A program made the translations under genes and the position numbers. Shown here piece by piece: positions 8,565 through 18,111 of a stretch of 64,000 nt of DNA. The first letter of the stretch is position 1, and every line of letters starts with the position of its first letter. The notes under the pieces were generated by a model. The model had not been told where the DNA came from. It saw nothing but the letters and a program-made list of their open reading frames with translations, and did not search any database. This DNA is from Bacteroidota bacterium. GTDB lineage: Bacteria > Bacteroidota > Rhodothermia > Rhodothermales > UBA10348. Where the stretch lies: assembly GCA_027622005.1 (NCBI GenBank), contig JAQBZH010000001.1, positions 124,473-188,472 of the forward strand. Direction: 5' to 3'.

Positions 8565-10474
8565 TCCTTCCAGATCATAGGCTTTCGGATGAAGAACTGG
8601 CCGGGATTCTATTACAAAAAGGAACCGTCTGGTTAGATGGTGCAGTAGCGAATTGGGGCAACAGCCCGCACTCCGGCGAAAACTCCCTAGGCGAAACGGG
8701 GAATTCGTATTTGTTCGAGGCACCGCTGTTTGAAGTGGTGGCCTTTTCCATCTCAGAGGTCCCTTTTGCATTCAATCAGCTGGACGAGTATCTGTCAGAG
8801 GGATATTATGTGGCTGGGTATGTTGCCTACGAAGCGGGATATGCCTTTGAAAAGGCGTCGTTTAAATCATTAGTCCAACGCGATTTCAGCGCAGAACTGA
8901 ATTATCCCCTGCTCTGGTTTGGAGTTTATAAGGAAGCAAAGGTCTTTTCGGCGACTCCGTTAGAGGGGAAGGGGCCAGAAGCGTTTATTGCAAATTTAGC
9001 CGATGCCGAGCCCCCGAGTGCATTTACTTCCTCGGTGGAGCGCATTCGGGACCTCATCGCCCAGGGCGATGTCTATCAAATTAATTTGACAACCCGATTT
9101 AAAGGTGAAATTGGCGGGGTGTCAGAAGGGCTCTTCGATGTGCTCCGTAAAAAACAACCCGTCGAATTCGGGGCATTCCTGCGAACTGGCTGGGTAGACG
9201 TCCTTTCCTTTTCTCCGGAATTGTTTTTTCGTCATGAGGGCAATCGCATTGAAGCCAGACCAATGAAAGGGACGGCGCCGCGTGGGAGCACGCAAAGAGA
9301 GGACGAGGAATTAAAAAAATGGCTGTCAGAAGACACGAAAAATCGAGCTGAAAATTTGATGATAGTCGATTTGCTCCGAAACGACCTATCGGTGGTGTGC
9401 GAGGCAGGAAGCGTTAAAGTTCCGAAGTTGTTTGAAGTCACATCGCTCCCGACCGTGCATCAGATGAGTTCGACAATCGAAGGCACTTTAAAGCCAAAAA
9501 CGGGTCTGAGCGAGCTATTTAGGGCTCTTTTTCCTTGCGGATCGATAACGGGAGCCCCAAAAATTCGGGCTATGCAACGCATTGCTGAGCTTGAACGTGA
9601 GCCCAGGGGCGTGTACTGTGGGGCGATTGGCTTTGCGGCTCCCTACGGAAGCGCGCCGTCAGAGGGTCTAGGCGCACAAATTAGTACCCGATCCGTGTTT
9701 TCCGTGGGTATTCGTACGGCGACCGTTATAAACAGAAAGCTAACCTATGGAGCTGGAGGTGGCATCGTTTGGGACTCGGATCCCGACCAGGAATATGAAG
9801 AAGCGGAACTAAAAACCCGGTTTCTTCGGTCAGCCGAAGCCCCGCCGCTGCAATTGATTGAAACGATGTTGTGGGGGGGTTGCGCGAACGGCATACAGTG
9901 GGTCGAATTCCATTTGGACCGTTTACAAGACTCAGCCACCCAATTGGGATTCGACTTTAATCGAACCACCATTAAAAATGAAATAGAGGCCTCGACAAAT
10001 CATCTCGGGCCGGGTCATTTATATCGAATCCGATTGCTTCTAGACACGGACGGCCGTATCGATATAAAACAGAAACCTTTTGAAATGCCAACGGCGCCGC
10101 TAAGAGTTGGACTCTCCAAGTCTCGAACATCTTCCAATTTTCCTCTATTTAGGCACAAAACGACCCATCGGAGCATTTATGACCGGGGGCGCCTTGAAGC
10201 AAGCGCCCAAAACGTCTTTGATGTCCTGTTTACGAACGAAAGGGGCGAAATCACGGAAGGTTCTATCACCAACGTATTTGCCTTTATAGACAATGGTTGG
10301 TACACGCCCCCTTTGACTTCGGGCTTACTTCCGGGTGTTGGTCGGCGTATTTTCATGCTCAAGCACAGCGCACGCGAAAGGATTTTAACGCCAAAAGACC
10401 TTCGATCCGCAAAAAAACTATGTCTCACCAATGCGTTGATCGGAGCCATGGAGGCTACGTGGGTGGACTTATAA
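8561..10474 (+). CDS. pabB: aminodeoxychorismate synthase component I fused to an aminodeoxychorismate lyase-like class IV aminotransferase domain
   Basis: The N-terminal ~430 aa carry chorismate-utilising motifs (GDVYQINLT, PMKGTAPRG, ENLMIVDLLRNDL, FPCGSITGAPKIRAMQRIAELE, GVYCGAIGF). The C-terminal ~200 aa carry class IV aminotransferase motifs (FRHKTTHR, EGSITNVF, LLPGVGRR). The TTG start overlaps the upstream stop by 4 nt. Confidence 0.85.
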   Translation: MILPDHRLSDEELAGILLQKGTVWLDGAVANWGNSPHSGENSLGETGNSYLFEAPLFEVVAFSISEVPFAFNQLDEYLSEGYYVAGYVAYEAGYAFEKASFKSLVQRDFSAELNYPLLWFGVYKEAKVFSATPLEGKGPEAFIANLADAEPPSAFTSSVERIRDLIAQGDVYQINLTTRFKGEIGGVSEGLFDVLRKKQPVEFGAFLRTGWVDVLSFSPELFFRHEGNRIEARPMKGTAPRGSTQREDEELKKWLSEDTKNRAENLMIVDLLRNDLSVVCEAGSVKVPKLFEVTSLPTVHQMSSTIEGTLKPKTGLSELFRALFPCGSITGAPKIRAMQRIAELEREPRGVYCGAIGFAAPYGSAPSEGLGAQISTRSVFSVGIRTATVINRKLTYGAGGGIVWDSDPDQEYEEAELKTRFLRSAEAPPLQLIETMLWGGCANGIQWVEFHLDRLQDSATQLGFDFNRTTIKNEIEASTNHLGPGHLYRIRLLLDTDGRIDIKQKPFEMPTAPLRVGLSKSRTSSNFPLFRHKTTHRSIYDRGRLEASAQNVFDVLFTNERGEITEGSITNVFAFIDNGWYTPPLTSGLLPGVGRRIFMLKHSARERILTPKDLRSAKKLCLTNALIGAMEATWVDL

Positions 10475-10490
10475 AGTCAGGAAACGAAGA

Positions 10491-11357
10491 TCACCCTTTA
10501 GGTCTGCCTTTGAAATGATTCATGGAACGGGTTATCCCAAAAAAATCGGAAAGCCAATCAAACAGGCCGACCGGTAAAAGCCTTAAAGGGAAAACTAAAT
10601 AGACAAATCGCGGCATGATGAGGCGTTTTTTTCGCTTTTGAATCGCGTTAAAGATGCGTCTGGAAACGACTTGTTGATCCAAAATGGGCAACAGCCAGGA
10701 AAATCGGGTCCGCACCCCGTCAAACATACCTGTATTGATGTAGTACGGAGCGACGAGCGTTGTGTAGATCTGCTTGCCGGATGCTTTTATTTCGCCTCGG
10801 AGAGCCTCTTCAAACCCGATTGCAGCAAATTTGCTGGCCGAATAAGCGCTCATTCCAGGCGTACCGACCAATCCACCCGCCGAAGCGATTGTCACGATGT
10901 GACCGGAATTCTTTCGCTTCATCTCTCCCAAAACGGCTTGTACCGTATAAAAGTGGGAAACCGTGTTGATCGCAAAAGTGCGTTCAAGTGCATCAGCCGA
11001 ATGGGCCTCCACAGTCCCATTGTAAACGATTCCGGCGTTATTTATAAGGATATCGACGGAATCGCTAACAGACGGATGTTCAGCGTGTACACGAGCAAGA
11101 ATGTCTGCGACTTGTCGAAAAGCTTCTTCAATCGAGCTTTTGACACCCAAATCGCAATTAACCGGGAAATATCTAGCAGATCGAAGGCTGGCCACTTGCC
11201 GGAGGCTACTTTCATCGATATCCAATCCAAAGACGTTTGCCCCCGAATCATCAAACATTTCTGATAAGAGTCGACCAATCCCACTGGCGGCTCCTGTAAT
11301 GACGATATTTTTGCCTGAAAAAAAGATGTGTCGATCCGTTTTATGGGGAATGTCGAT
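10491..11357 (-). CDS. short-chain dehydrogenase/reductase (SDR), probably with a non-canonical start
   Basis: The ORF-track entry (10491..11258) has SDR motifs (NNAG; SAYSASK). The same frame stays open up to a TGA at 11360..11358. That extension encodes the Rossmann motif GKNIVITGAASGIG at 11315..11274, upstream of the first ATG, GTG or TTG. Confidence 0.8.
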   Translation of the reverse strand: MDIPHKTDRHIFFSGKNIVITGAASGIGRLLSEMFDDSGANVFGLDIDESSLRQVASLRSARYFPVNCDLGVKSSIEEAFRQVADILARVHAEHPSVSDSVDILINNAGIVYNGTVEAHSADALERTFAINTVSHFYTVQAVLGEMKRKNSGHIVTIASAGGLVGTPGMSAYSASKFAAIGFEEALRGEIKASGKQIYTTLVAPYYINTGMFDGVRTRFSWLLPILDQQVVSRRIFNAIQKRKKRLIMPRFVYLVFPLRLLPVGLFDWLSDFFGITRSMNHFKGRPKG

Positions 11358-11524
11358 TCAGCATCAAAGTACGGAATCGACCATCAAAAGGAGGCAGAGG
11401 AATTAATTTTCGAACTGGCGATTGCCGCCGCACGATTCGGAATTTTAGTACTTACAATTTGCGGGCATCTGTTAGCACGCTCCTTTATTTTGAGGCCAAT
11501 CATTTTCCAAATTGAGTTGATTAC

Positions 11525-13468
11525 ATGGACTCCCGTTATCCCGTTCCTCAAGCCTATGCCAAGCGGTCCTGGCTGAGTTCAGTTTCAGAATATCATGAAA
11601 TGTATCAACGATCCACCCTGGACCCGGACGGTTTTTGGACAGAAATGGCCTGTTGTATTCATTGGTCAAAGCCGTTTAAGACCGTAAAAACAGTCTCTTT
11701 TGCGAGAAATGACGTTCATATTCGCTGGTTTGAGGGCGGCGTAACGAACGCTTCGTACAATTGTGTAGACCGTCATTTGCCCAAAAGAGCTGGCCAAACA
11801 GCTCTGATTTTTGAGCCGGACGATCCTTTGGCTTCCCCGCGGCACATTTCGTACGCCGAGCTTTACGATCAGGTCAATCGTCTTGCTAACGTTTTAAAAA
11901 AGCATGGCGTCAAAAAAGGTGATATCGTCACCATTTATCTGCCAATGATTCCCGAAGCAGCCTTCGCAATGCTAGCATGTGCCCGCATCGGGGCCGTTCA
12001 TTCCGTCGTTTTCGGAGGGTTTAGCGCAGATTCCTTGTCTGGTCGCATCAACGATGGGCAATCAATCCTCCTCATAACCTCGGATGCGTCAAATCGAGGT
12101 GGACGCTGCCTTCCGATCAAAGAGAATGCCGATCGTGCTCTCGAGAAATCCCCATCGATTGCAAAGGTGCTCGTCGTCAAGCGCACCGGAGCATCGGTAG
12201 ATATGAAAGTAGGCCGTGACTTCTGGCTTGAGGAAGAAATGAAATCGGTGGGCGCGGTCTGCGAACCTGAGCCGATGGACGCTGAAGACCCGCTTTTCAT
12301 TTTGTACACCAGCGGTTCAACCGGCAAACCCAAGGGAGTACTCCACACTACCGCGGGGTACCTCGTCTACACGTCGTTGACCCACAAATACGTGTTTGAT
12401 TATCAAGATGGGGATATTTTTTGGTGTACGGCCGATGTCGGGTGGATAACCGGACACAGTTACATGGTTTACGGGCCTCTACTGAACGGGGCTACTCAAG
12501 TATTTTTTGAGGGTATTCCCACGTATCCGGATGCTTCTCGGTTTTGGGAGGTGGTTGACAAGCACCAGGTTACACAGTTTTACACAGCCCCCACAGCGAT
12601 ACGTGCCTTAATGCAACAAGGCGAATCGTTCGTAAAGCGCACTTCCAGGTCCTCCTTAAAGCTGTTGGGGACCGTCGGAGAACCCATCAACCCTGAAGCC
12701 TGGCGATGGTACCATGAAGTGGTGGGTGATTCTCGTTGCCCCATCGTCGATACATGGTGGCAAACAGAAACGGGTGGGATTATGATTACGCCGTTACCCG
12801 GCGCAATCGAAACCAAACCAGGTTCAGCCACACTGCCTTTTTTTGGCATCCAGCCAGAAATCTTAGATCAGAACGGAGAGGTGCTTCAAGGCGCCTGCGA
12901 GGGGGTTTTGGTGATGAAAGACTCGTGGCCGGGTCAGGCACGGACGCTTTTTGGGGACCACGACCGTTTTGAGAGCACCTATTTCGGGGCGTTTGAAAAT
13001 AAATACTTTACGGGCGATGGGTGCCGCCGTGACGAAGACGGCTACTATTGGATTACCGGGCGAGTTGACGATGTAATCAACGTTTCGGGGCACCGAATGG
13101 GTACGGCGGAAGTGGAGAGCGCGCTAGTGGCGCATCGAACCGTGGCGGAATCGGCCGTTGTGGGGGTTCCTCACGCCATCAAAGGTCAGGGCATTTACGC
13201 CTATGTGACGCTGAATAAAGACGTAGAACCGTCGGAAAGCCTCCGAAAAGAGTTGATTCAACACGTTCGGGAATCGATCGGCCCCATTGCCAGACCTGAT
13301 TTTATCCAATTCACTCCAGCCCTTCCGAAAACCCGAAGTGGAAAAATTATGCGCAGAATACTTCGCAAAATTGCCGCCAACGATTTTGAGAATCTGGGAG
13401 ATATTTCGACGTTGGCAGACTCCGCCGTGGTCGACGAATTGATTGCCAACCGGCAGGCCCGGGGCTAA
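11525..13468 (+). CDS. acs: acetyl-CoA synthetase (AMP-forming)
   Basis: 647 aa with a typical Acs N-terminus ([16 protein letters not shown]), an AMP-binding motif ([12 protein letters not shown]) and a C-terminal [11 protein letters not shown]. Confidence 0.97.
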   Translation: MDSRYPVPQAYAKRSWLSSVSEYHEMYQRSTLDPDGFWTEMACCIHWSKPFKTVKTVSFARNDVHIRWFEGGVTNASYNCVDRHLPKRAGQTALIFEPDDPLASPRHISYAELYDQVNRLANVLKKHGVKKGDIVTIYLPMIPEAAFAMLACARIGAVHSVVFGGFSADSLSGRINDGQSILLITSDASNRGGRCLPIKENADRALEKSPSIAKVLVVKRTGASVDMKVGRDFWLEEEMKSVGAVCEPEPMDAEDPLFILYTSGSTGKPKGVLHTTAGYLVYTSLTHKYVFDYQDGDIFWCTADVGWITGHSYMVYGPLLNGATQVFFEGIPTYPDASRFWEVVDKHQVTQFYTAPTAIRALMQQGESFVKRTSRSSLKLLGTVGEPINPEAWRWYHEVVGDSRCPIVDTWWQTETGGIMITPLPGAIETKPGSATLPFFGIQPEILDQNGEVLQGACEGVLVMKDSWPGQARTLFGDHDRFESTYFGAFENKYFTGDGCRRDEDGYYWITGRVDDVINVSGHRMGTAEVESALVAHRTVAESAVVGVPHAIKGQGIYAYVTLNKDVEPSESLRKELIQHVRESIGPIARPDFIQFTPALPKTRSGKIMRRILRKIAANDFENLGDISTLADSAVVDELIANRQARG

Positions 13469-13606
13469 CGTCCGAACATTGAACCCGACAACTCAACCAA
13501 TAATTGTCGAATTGCCATTCTTTTTTGTTGATCTTCACCAAGGGTATGAATTCGGCTTTGTATTTTGAAAAACTTTTGATTCTTCAAGGCAATCCTTTTT
13601 CTACCT

Positions 13607-15193
13607 ATGGAAGCGCTTTTTTCACTCGAATATCTCGGCATTACAAATAAAACGGTTTTCCGTAACCTTTCGAGGGCCAATCTTTACGAAGATGCCGTTC
13701 GTCACGATGAAGGCGCGGCTATTTCAAATGTAGGTGGTCTGATGTTGCGTTCTGGGGCGAAAACAGGTAGAAGCCCGAAAGACAAAAGAGTCGTTGAAAT
13801 ACCAGGAGTAACCGACGAAGTTTGGTGGGGAAATGTCAACATCCCACTCAGCCGCAACAATTTCATGATTAATCGTGAGCGTGCTCTCGATTATTTAAAC
13901 TCGCTCAAGCACCTCTACGTTTTTGACGGCTATGCCGGTTGGGATCCAGAGTACCGTATTAAAGTGCGCGTAATCTGTACCCGACCTTATCACGCGCTGT
14001 TTATGCAAAACATGTTGATTCGTCCAACAGAGGAGCAGCTAAAGGATTTCGGAACACCTGACTTTACTATTCTAAATTCAGGTGCCTTCCCAGCCAATAA
14101 GCTGACGGATCAAATGTCTTCGAAAACCAGTATTGCGCTGAATTTTGAGTCAAACGAACTCATCATTCTCGGGAGTGAATACGCTGGGGAAATGAAAAAA
14201 GGCATTTTCTCGGTAATGCATTACCTCATGCCGAAAAAGGGAGTGCTTTCGATGCACTGTTCCGCCAATGAAGGCGAAAGCGGCGATGTTTCGCTATTCT
14301 TTGGACTCTCTGGTACGGGAAAAACGACCCTTTCTGCCGACCCACGTCGCGCTCTTATTGGAGATGACGAACATTGTTGGACCAACGAAGGGGTGTTCAA
14401 TATCGAAGGCGGCTGTTACGCCAAAGCCATTGGGCTTTCTGCTGAATCAGAGCCGGAAATTTTTGCAGCGATTCGATTCGGAAGTGTTTTGGAAAATGTG
14501 GTATACGATAAGGATACCCACGAAGTCGATTTCAATGATACCTCTATTACGGAAAATACCCGTGTAGCCTATCCGATCGACTTTATTTCCAACGCAAAAA
14601 TTCCATGTGTTGGCTCTCATCCAAAAAATATCATCTTCCTGACTTACGACGCCTTCGGCGTAGTGCCTCCGATTTCTAAACTCAGTCCAAGTCAGGCCAT
14701 GTACCACTTCATTTCGGGATATACGGCCAAAGTTGCTGGTACCGAAATGGGCGTGACTGAACCACAAGCTACGTTTTCAGCTTGTTTCGGAAACGCATTC
14801 CTAGTATATCATCCATCTAGGTACGCCGAAATGTTGGCCGAAAACATGGAAAAACATGGTGCCAAAGCTTGGTTGATTAACACCGGGATGACAGGCGGCG
14901 CATACGGAACAGGAAAGAGGATGAAATTGGGCTTTACCCGCGCCATTATCGATGCCATTCACGATGGCACTTTGGATCAAGTTGAAACAATCACGGATCG
15001 GGTTTTTGGTGTGGAAGTTCCAACGTCAGTACCAAACGTTCCGACTGAAATTCTTATTCCCCGCGAGACCTGGGCTGATAAAGCCGCATTCGATCAAAAT
15101 GCAGCCAAGTTAGCAGGATTGTTCAACAAGAATTTTGAACAGTACAAGGAAGGAAGCTCCAAAGAGATCGCAGCCGCAGGTCCAATACTTTAA
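13607..15193 (+). CDS. pckA: phosphoenolpyruvate carboxykinase (ATP)
   Basis: 528 aa with the kinase-1a motif [21 protein letters not shown], and collinear PckA sequence throughout. Confidence 0.97.
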   Translation: MEALFSLEYLGITNKTVFRNLSRANLYEDAVRHDEGAAISNVGGLMLRSGAKTGRSPKDKRVVEIPGVTDEVWWGNVNIPLSRNNFMINRERALDYLNSLKHLYVFDGYAGWDPEYRIKVRVICTRPYHALFMQNMLIRPTEEQLKDFGTPDFTILNSGAFPANKLTDQMSSKTSIALNFESNELIILGSEYAGEMKKGIFSVMHYLMPKKGVLSMHCSANEGESGDVSLFFGLSGTGKTTLSADPRRALIGDDEHCWTNEGVFNIEGGCYAKAIGLSAESEPEIFAAIRFGSVLENVVYDKDTHEVDFNDTSITENTRVAYPIDFISNAKIPCVGSHPKNIIFLTYDAFGVVPPISKLSPSQAMYHFISGYTAKVAGTEMGVTEPQATFSACFGNAFLVYHPSRYAEMLAENMEKHGAKAWLINTGMTGGAYGTGKRMKLGFTRAIIDAIHDGTLDQVETITDRVFGVEVPTSVPNVPTEILIPRETWADKAAFDQNAAKLAGLFNKNFEQYKEGSSKEIAAAGPIL

Positions 15194-15256
15194 AGCGAGT
15201 AGGGTATTTGGACAGGACCCATTCCTGGGACCGTTTTCGGCCACAGGGCCCCAGAT

Positions 15257-16201
15257 TTACGGCATTTTGTGGGCTAAATCCAGGGCACCAACCACCGGCT
15301 TTTGAGTGACTCTGGAAACGATTGCGTTCGGGATCAACTCGCGGATCGCGTTTTGGAAGGCCCCAAAATACCCCATGTTTTCTGCGAGCCCGCCCGCCAG
15401 TTTTACGACGGGCGCGGTTGATTGAAGCCTGTTTGCAAGTCTCGCGGCCTGCGTTGCCAACGCGCGGCATTCTGTTCGGACTAGTTCTAGCGAATCAGGA
15501 TCCGAAGAAACGTGCTCTAACACGATTGGGGCGAGATTTGATAGCGTGAACTTGGACCCATAAACGCTATCCAAGATCGCCACAATAGTGGACAGATCGT
15601 GTCGGTTGGCGGGAGAGCCAGGTTTGCCCGACAATGCGCTCCATACGGCTAGATCCAACGGCGTAAAGTGGCGTCGTTCAACGGATGCCAAGAGATGGCG
15701 TACGGCAGCGACTCCCAAGGCTGTTCCACTTCCAGGATCGCCGAGGGTAGAACCCCATCCGCCCGAACGAAAGAATTCTTCTTTTGCACCAAACGAATAG
15801 CAGCCCGAACCGGTGCCCGCGATGACCAATATGGACGCCTTTTCCTGTTCGGCATCTACCGACGGAAACGCTGCCTGAAACGCTACACGTGCGTCACTGA
15901 CCACCGAAATATGGGCGACAGGGACGCTGAGCATTTCCGCCAAAGACGCTTGAAGGCCCTTTTGGATGTCTGGAGATGCCGCCCCCGCGAGGCCGGCACA
16001 AATCCTAACTTCCTCCGCGCTTCCAAGCAGGTACAAGACCTGCTGGACTAATTCTGCAAGTCGCTTAGAAGCCAGCTCCAGGCTTTCATGCCGGACATTG
16101 ACGCCCGGAATGACCAGAGATTCTTGGGAATCTCCCAATTTCCCGAGCGCTTCCCATTTGGACCCGCCGCCGTCTATTCCGATATAAGAAATGTGCTTCA
16201 C
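15257..16201 (-). CDS. BadF/BadG/BcrA/BcrD-type ATPase, N-acetylglucosamine kinase-like
   Basis: It has ASKHA-fold motifs IGIDGGGSK and IAGTGSGCY. The track ORF extends to 16375, but a GTG at 16201..16199 gives MKHISYIGIDGGGS. That start overlaps the upstream stop as GTGA. Confidence 0.75.
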   Translation of the reverse strand: MKHISYIGIDGGGSKWEALGKLGDSQESLVIPGVNVRHESLELASKRLAELVQQVLYLLGSAEEVRICAGLAGAASPDIQKGLQASLAEMLSVPVAHISVVSDARVAFQAAFPSVDAEQEKASILVIAGTGSGCYSFGAKEEFFRSGGWGSTLGDPGSGTALGVAAVRHLLASVERRHFTPLDLAVWSALSGKPGSPANRHDLSTIVAILDSVYGSKFTLSNLAPIVLEHVSSDPDSLELVRTECRALATQAARLANRLQSTAPVVKLAGGLAENMGYFGAFQNAIRELIPNAIVSRVTQKPVVGALDLAHKMP

Positions 16202-18108
16202 TTCAAAGAATCCGCTGGAAGAATTCGAGTAGAGTGTTTTAGGAGCTGATCGGACAGGCGATTCAGCTCGATAGGTCGATCCGAAGATAGAAAAGCCCCA
16301 AGAAAAGTCGAGTAATCGATAGATGGTCGACGGAAAAGTAATTCTCTTTGGTCCAATTCGAGTGCTCCTTCCCAAGCCGAACTGTGAGTTAGCGTTTTAT
16401 TTATGTAGGCAGATCCCCAAACAAACGTTTGAGGATGCCCGGGACCGCCCACGTCGATCGGATGATATTTCGCAAGAAAAGACTCTTCTGGCCGACCGTT
16501 GTCTGCGATTCGAGAGGATGTCCCTGGGTAGTAAAGAGTTCGGTCCTGAATATTTTCCCATCGCCAACCGCTCTTATCCAATCCGTACTGGATTTCCATA
16601 TCAGACAGGATTTGGGGAACGCGCAGGAGAAGGGTTGAATCTGCCACTACCTCCGACCTTCTAATCAATTCAAAAATGGAAGCTCCAATTTCCGACGAAT
16701 CGTATTCGAAATTCCAATTCGTGAGATACGCCACTCCTTGCTTAACCGTAGGGTCAATCAAGATAGAATCGGGAAGATGACTTAAAAATTGTGGAATGGC
16801 CCTCGCCGCAGACTCATTATAGGTGTCCGCTAACAGATCGTAAACTCCGATTTGGTTCTGGAGGCTGGAAACGCGGTCCTCCGGTGTGTTATTACTCCCG
16901 GAAGCGGCCATGAACTTCAGACCGTTTTCTGCCGATATTTGAACTTCCGGAGACCCCATGGTTAGCTGCGTGCCATTTTGGTAGGCTACACCATCCTGCC
17001 TGATCAACGAAATGTCAGCCATTTTTCCCTGAAGCAAAGATATCCAAGCGGACTGATCGGACAGGCCGAACAACCCTTGCCAATGAAGGATTTTAACAGG
17101 TCCGGCTGACGCCTCTCTAGGCGAATGAATCAAGGGCATGCTTCGCCGATACCTGGAAATGACGACCAGTTCCTCTCGCTCATCGAGCTCAATTCTGGAG
17201 TGAGCCGTTTCAATTTCATTTGCTGGTAAACGCTCCTCTGTTATAAACGCCTTGCCTCGCAGTAAAAATGCCCAGGAAAGGTCCGACTCGCCGGATGTAG
17301 GAGCTGAAGTATGGCCTAATGGTGCGATAAATGTCCCTGGAACAAATAGCCCAAGAAATAGCCGATCGGGGGTGCTAATCTGCGTTTCGATGAAAAAGGG
17401 GATGGATATACGACCCGTTGTGTACCGCGCGGCAATAAAAGAGGTTGAATCCCCAAATACGCTGGAAATGGTATTGTACTCGAATCCGTCAATTTGCAGT
17501 ATTTCCCGCAAATTTCTGTTGGCTCGGGCCGTCGCGCTGGTGTCGGTTGGAGAAAACGGATTCCATGCAATCCAAGCGAAAAGGCGTTCTATAGCCAGGC
17601 TATGCCACACTTCCCAGGGTTCAACGTCCACTCCCAGCAATAAAAGGGTTGGGTGCCGGGCCACATCTTTCGCCGAAAGCGCCGCATTTAGTCCGGAAGT
17701 CAACAAACCTAAATATTCCGCGGTCTCTTCGGGTAGCAGTTTGACCTCACGTTTTGCAAGGTCGCCCAACTGCAACTGACGCGTCAAGCGATCAATTTCC
17801 GCCGCATCCGAACCAAAAATCGGGCTCAGATTGCCCCTGGCCGCCTCTCGCCACAATAAAAGTTGCCATGCTCGAGATCGCCCCATCCCGTATCCGAGGC
17901 CGATAATGGCGTCGTGTTGCGATGCTGCGTCGATTTCTACGGGCCCGTCTTCAGACCATCCGACGCTTAACGGTTCTTGAACCCCTTCTATCATCAACGT
18001 TTTCGGAGCAGAAGGACCCGCAAAAAACGCTAGGTACCAGATTAAACCAGTCAACAAGAGGACCAATAAAACAGTCCCTAATCCAATAAAAAGGCTTCGT
18101 TTCCACAT
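16198..18108 (-). CDS. penicillin acylase (S45/Ntn-hydrolase) family protein, divergent, N-terminally membrane-anchored
   Basis: 636 aa with an N-terminal TM helix. The alpha-chain-like block HDAIIGLGYGMGRSRAWQLLLWREAARGNLSPIFG resembles the conserved penicillin-amidase N-region. The protein is shorter than usual and several family motifs look degenerate. Confidence 0.6.
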   Translation of the reverse strand: MWKRSLFIGLGTVLLVLLLTGLIWYLAFFAGPSAPKTLMIEGVQEPLSVGWSEDGPVEIDAASQHDAIIGLGYGMGRSRAWQLLLWREAARGNLSPIFGSDAAEIDRLTRQLQLGDLAKREVKLLPEETAEYLGLLTSGLNAALSAKDVARHPTLLLLGVDVEPWEVWHSLAIERLFAWIAWNPFSPTDTSATARANRNLREILQIDGFEYNTISSVFGDSTSFIAARYTTGRISIPFFIETQISTPDRLFLGLFVPGTFIAPLGHTSAPTSGESDLSWAFLLRGKAFITEERLPANEIETAHSRIELDEREELVVISRYRRSMPLIHSPREASAGPVKILHWQGLFGLSDQSAWISLLQGKMADISLIRQDGVAYQNGTQLTMGSPEVQISAENGLKFMAASGSNNTPEDRVSSLQNQIGVYDLLADTYNESAARAIPQFLSHLPDSILIDPTVKQGVAYLTNWNFEYDSSEIGASIFELIRRSEVVADSTLLLRVPQILSDMEIQYGLDKSGWRWENIQDRTLYYPGTSSRIADNGRPEESFLAKYHPIDVGGPGHPQTFVWGSAYINKTLTHSSAWEGALELDQRELLFRRPSIDYSTFLGAFLSSDRPIELNRLSDQLLKHSTRILPADSLK

Positions 18109-18111
18109 GGC

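Noticed and set aside
8154-8771. 205-aa minus-strand ORF spanning the junction of the GH109-like gene and pabB.
   Set aside because: It is antisense to two well-supported CDS. The sequence is low-complexity and Arg/Pro-rich with no family resemblance.
10638-11264. 208-aa plus-strand ORF opposite the SDR gene.
   Set aside because: The minus-strand frame carries clear SDR motifs (TGAASGIG, NNAG, YSASK). The plus-strand product has none and is probably a shadow ORF.
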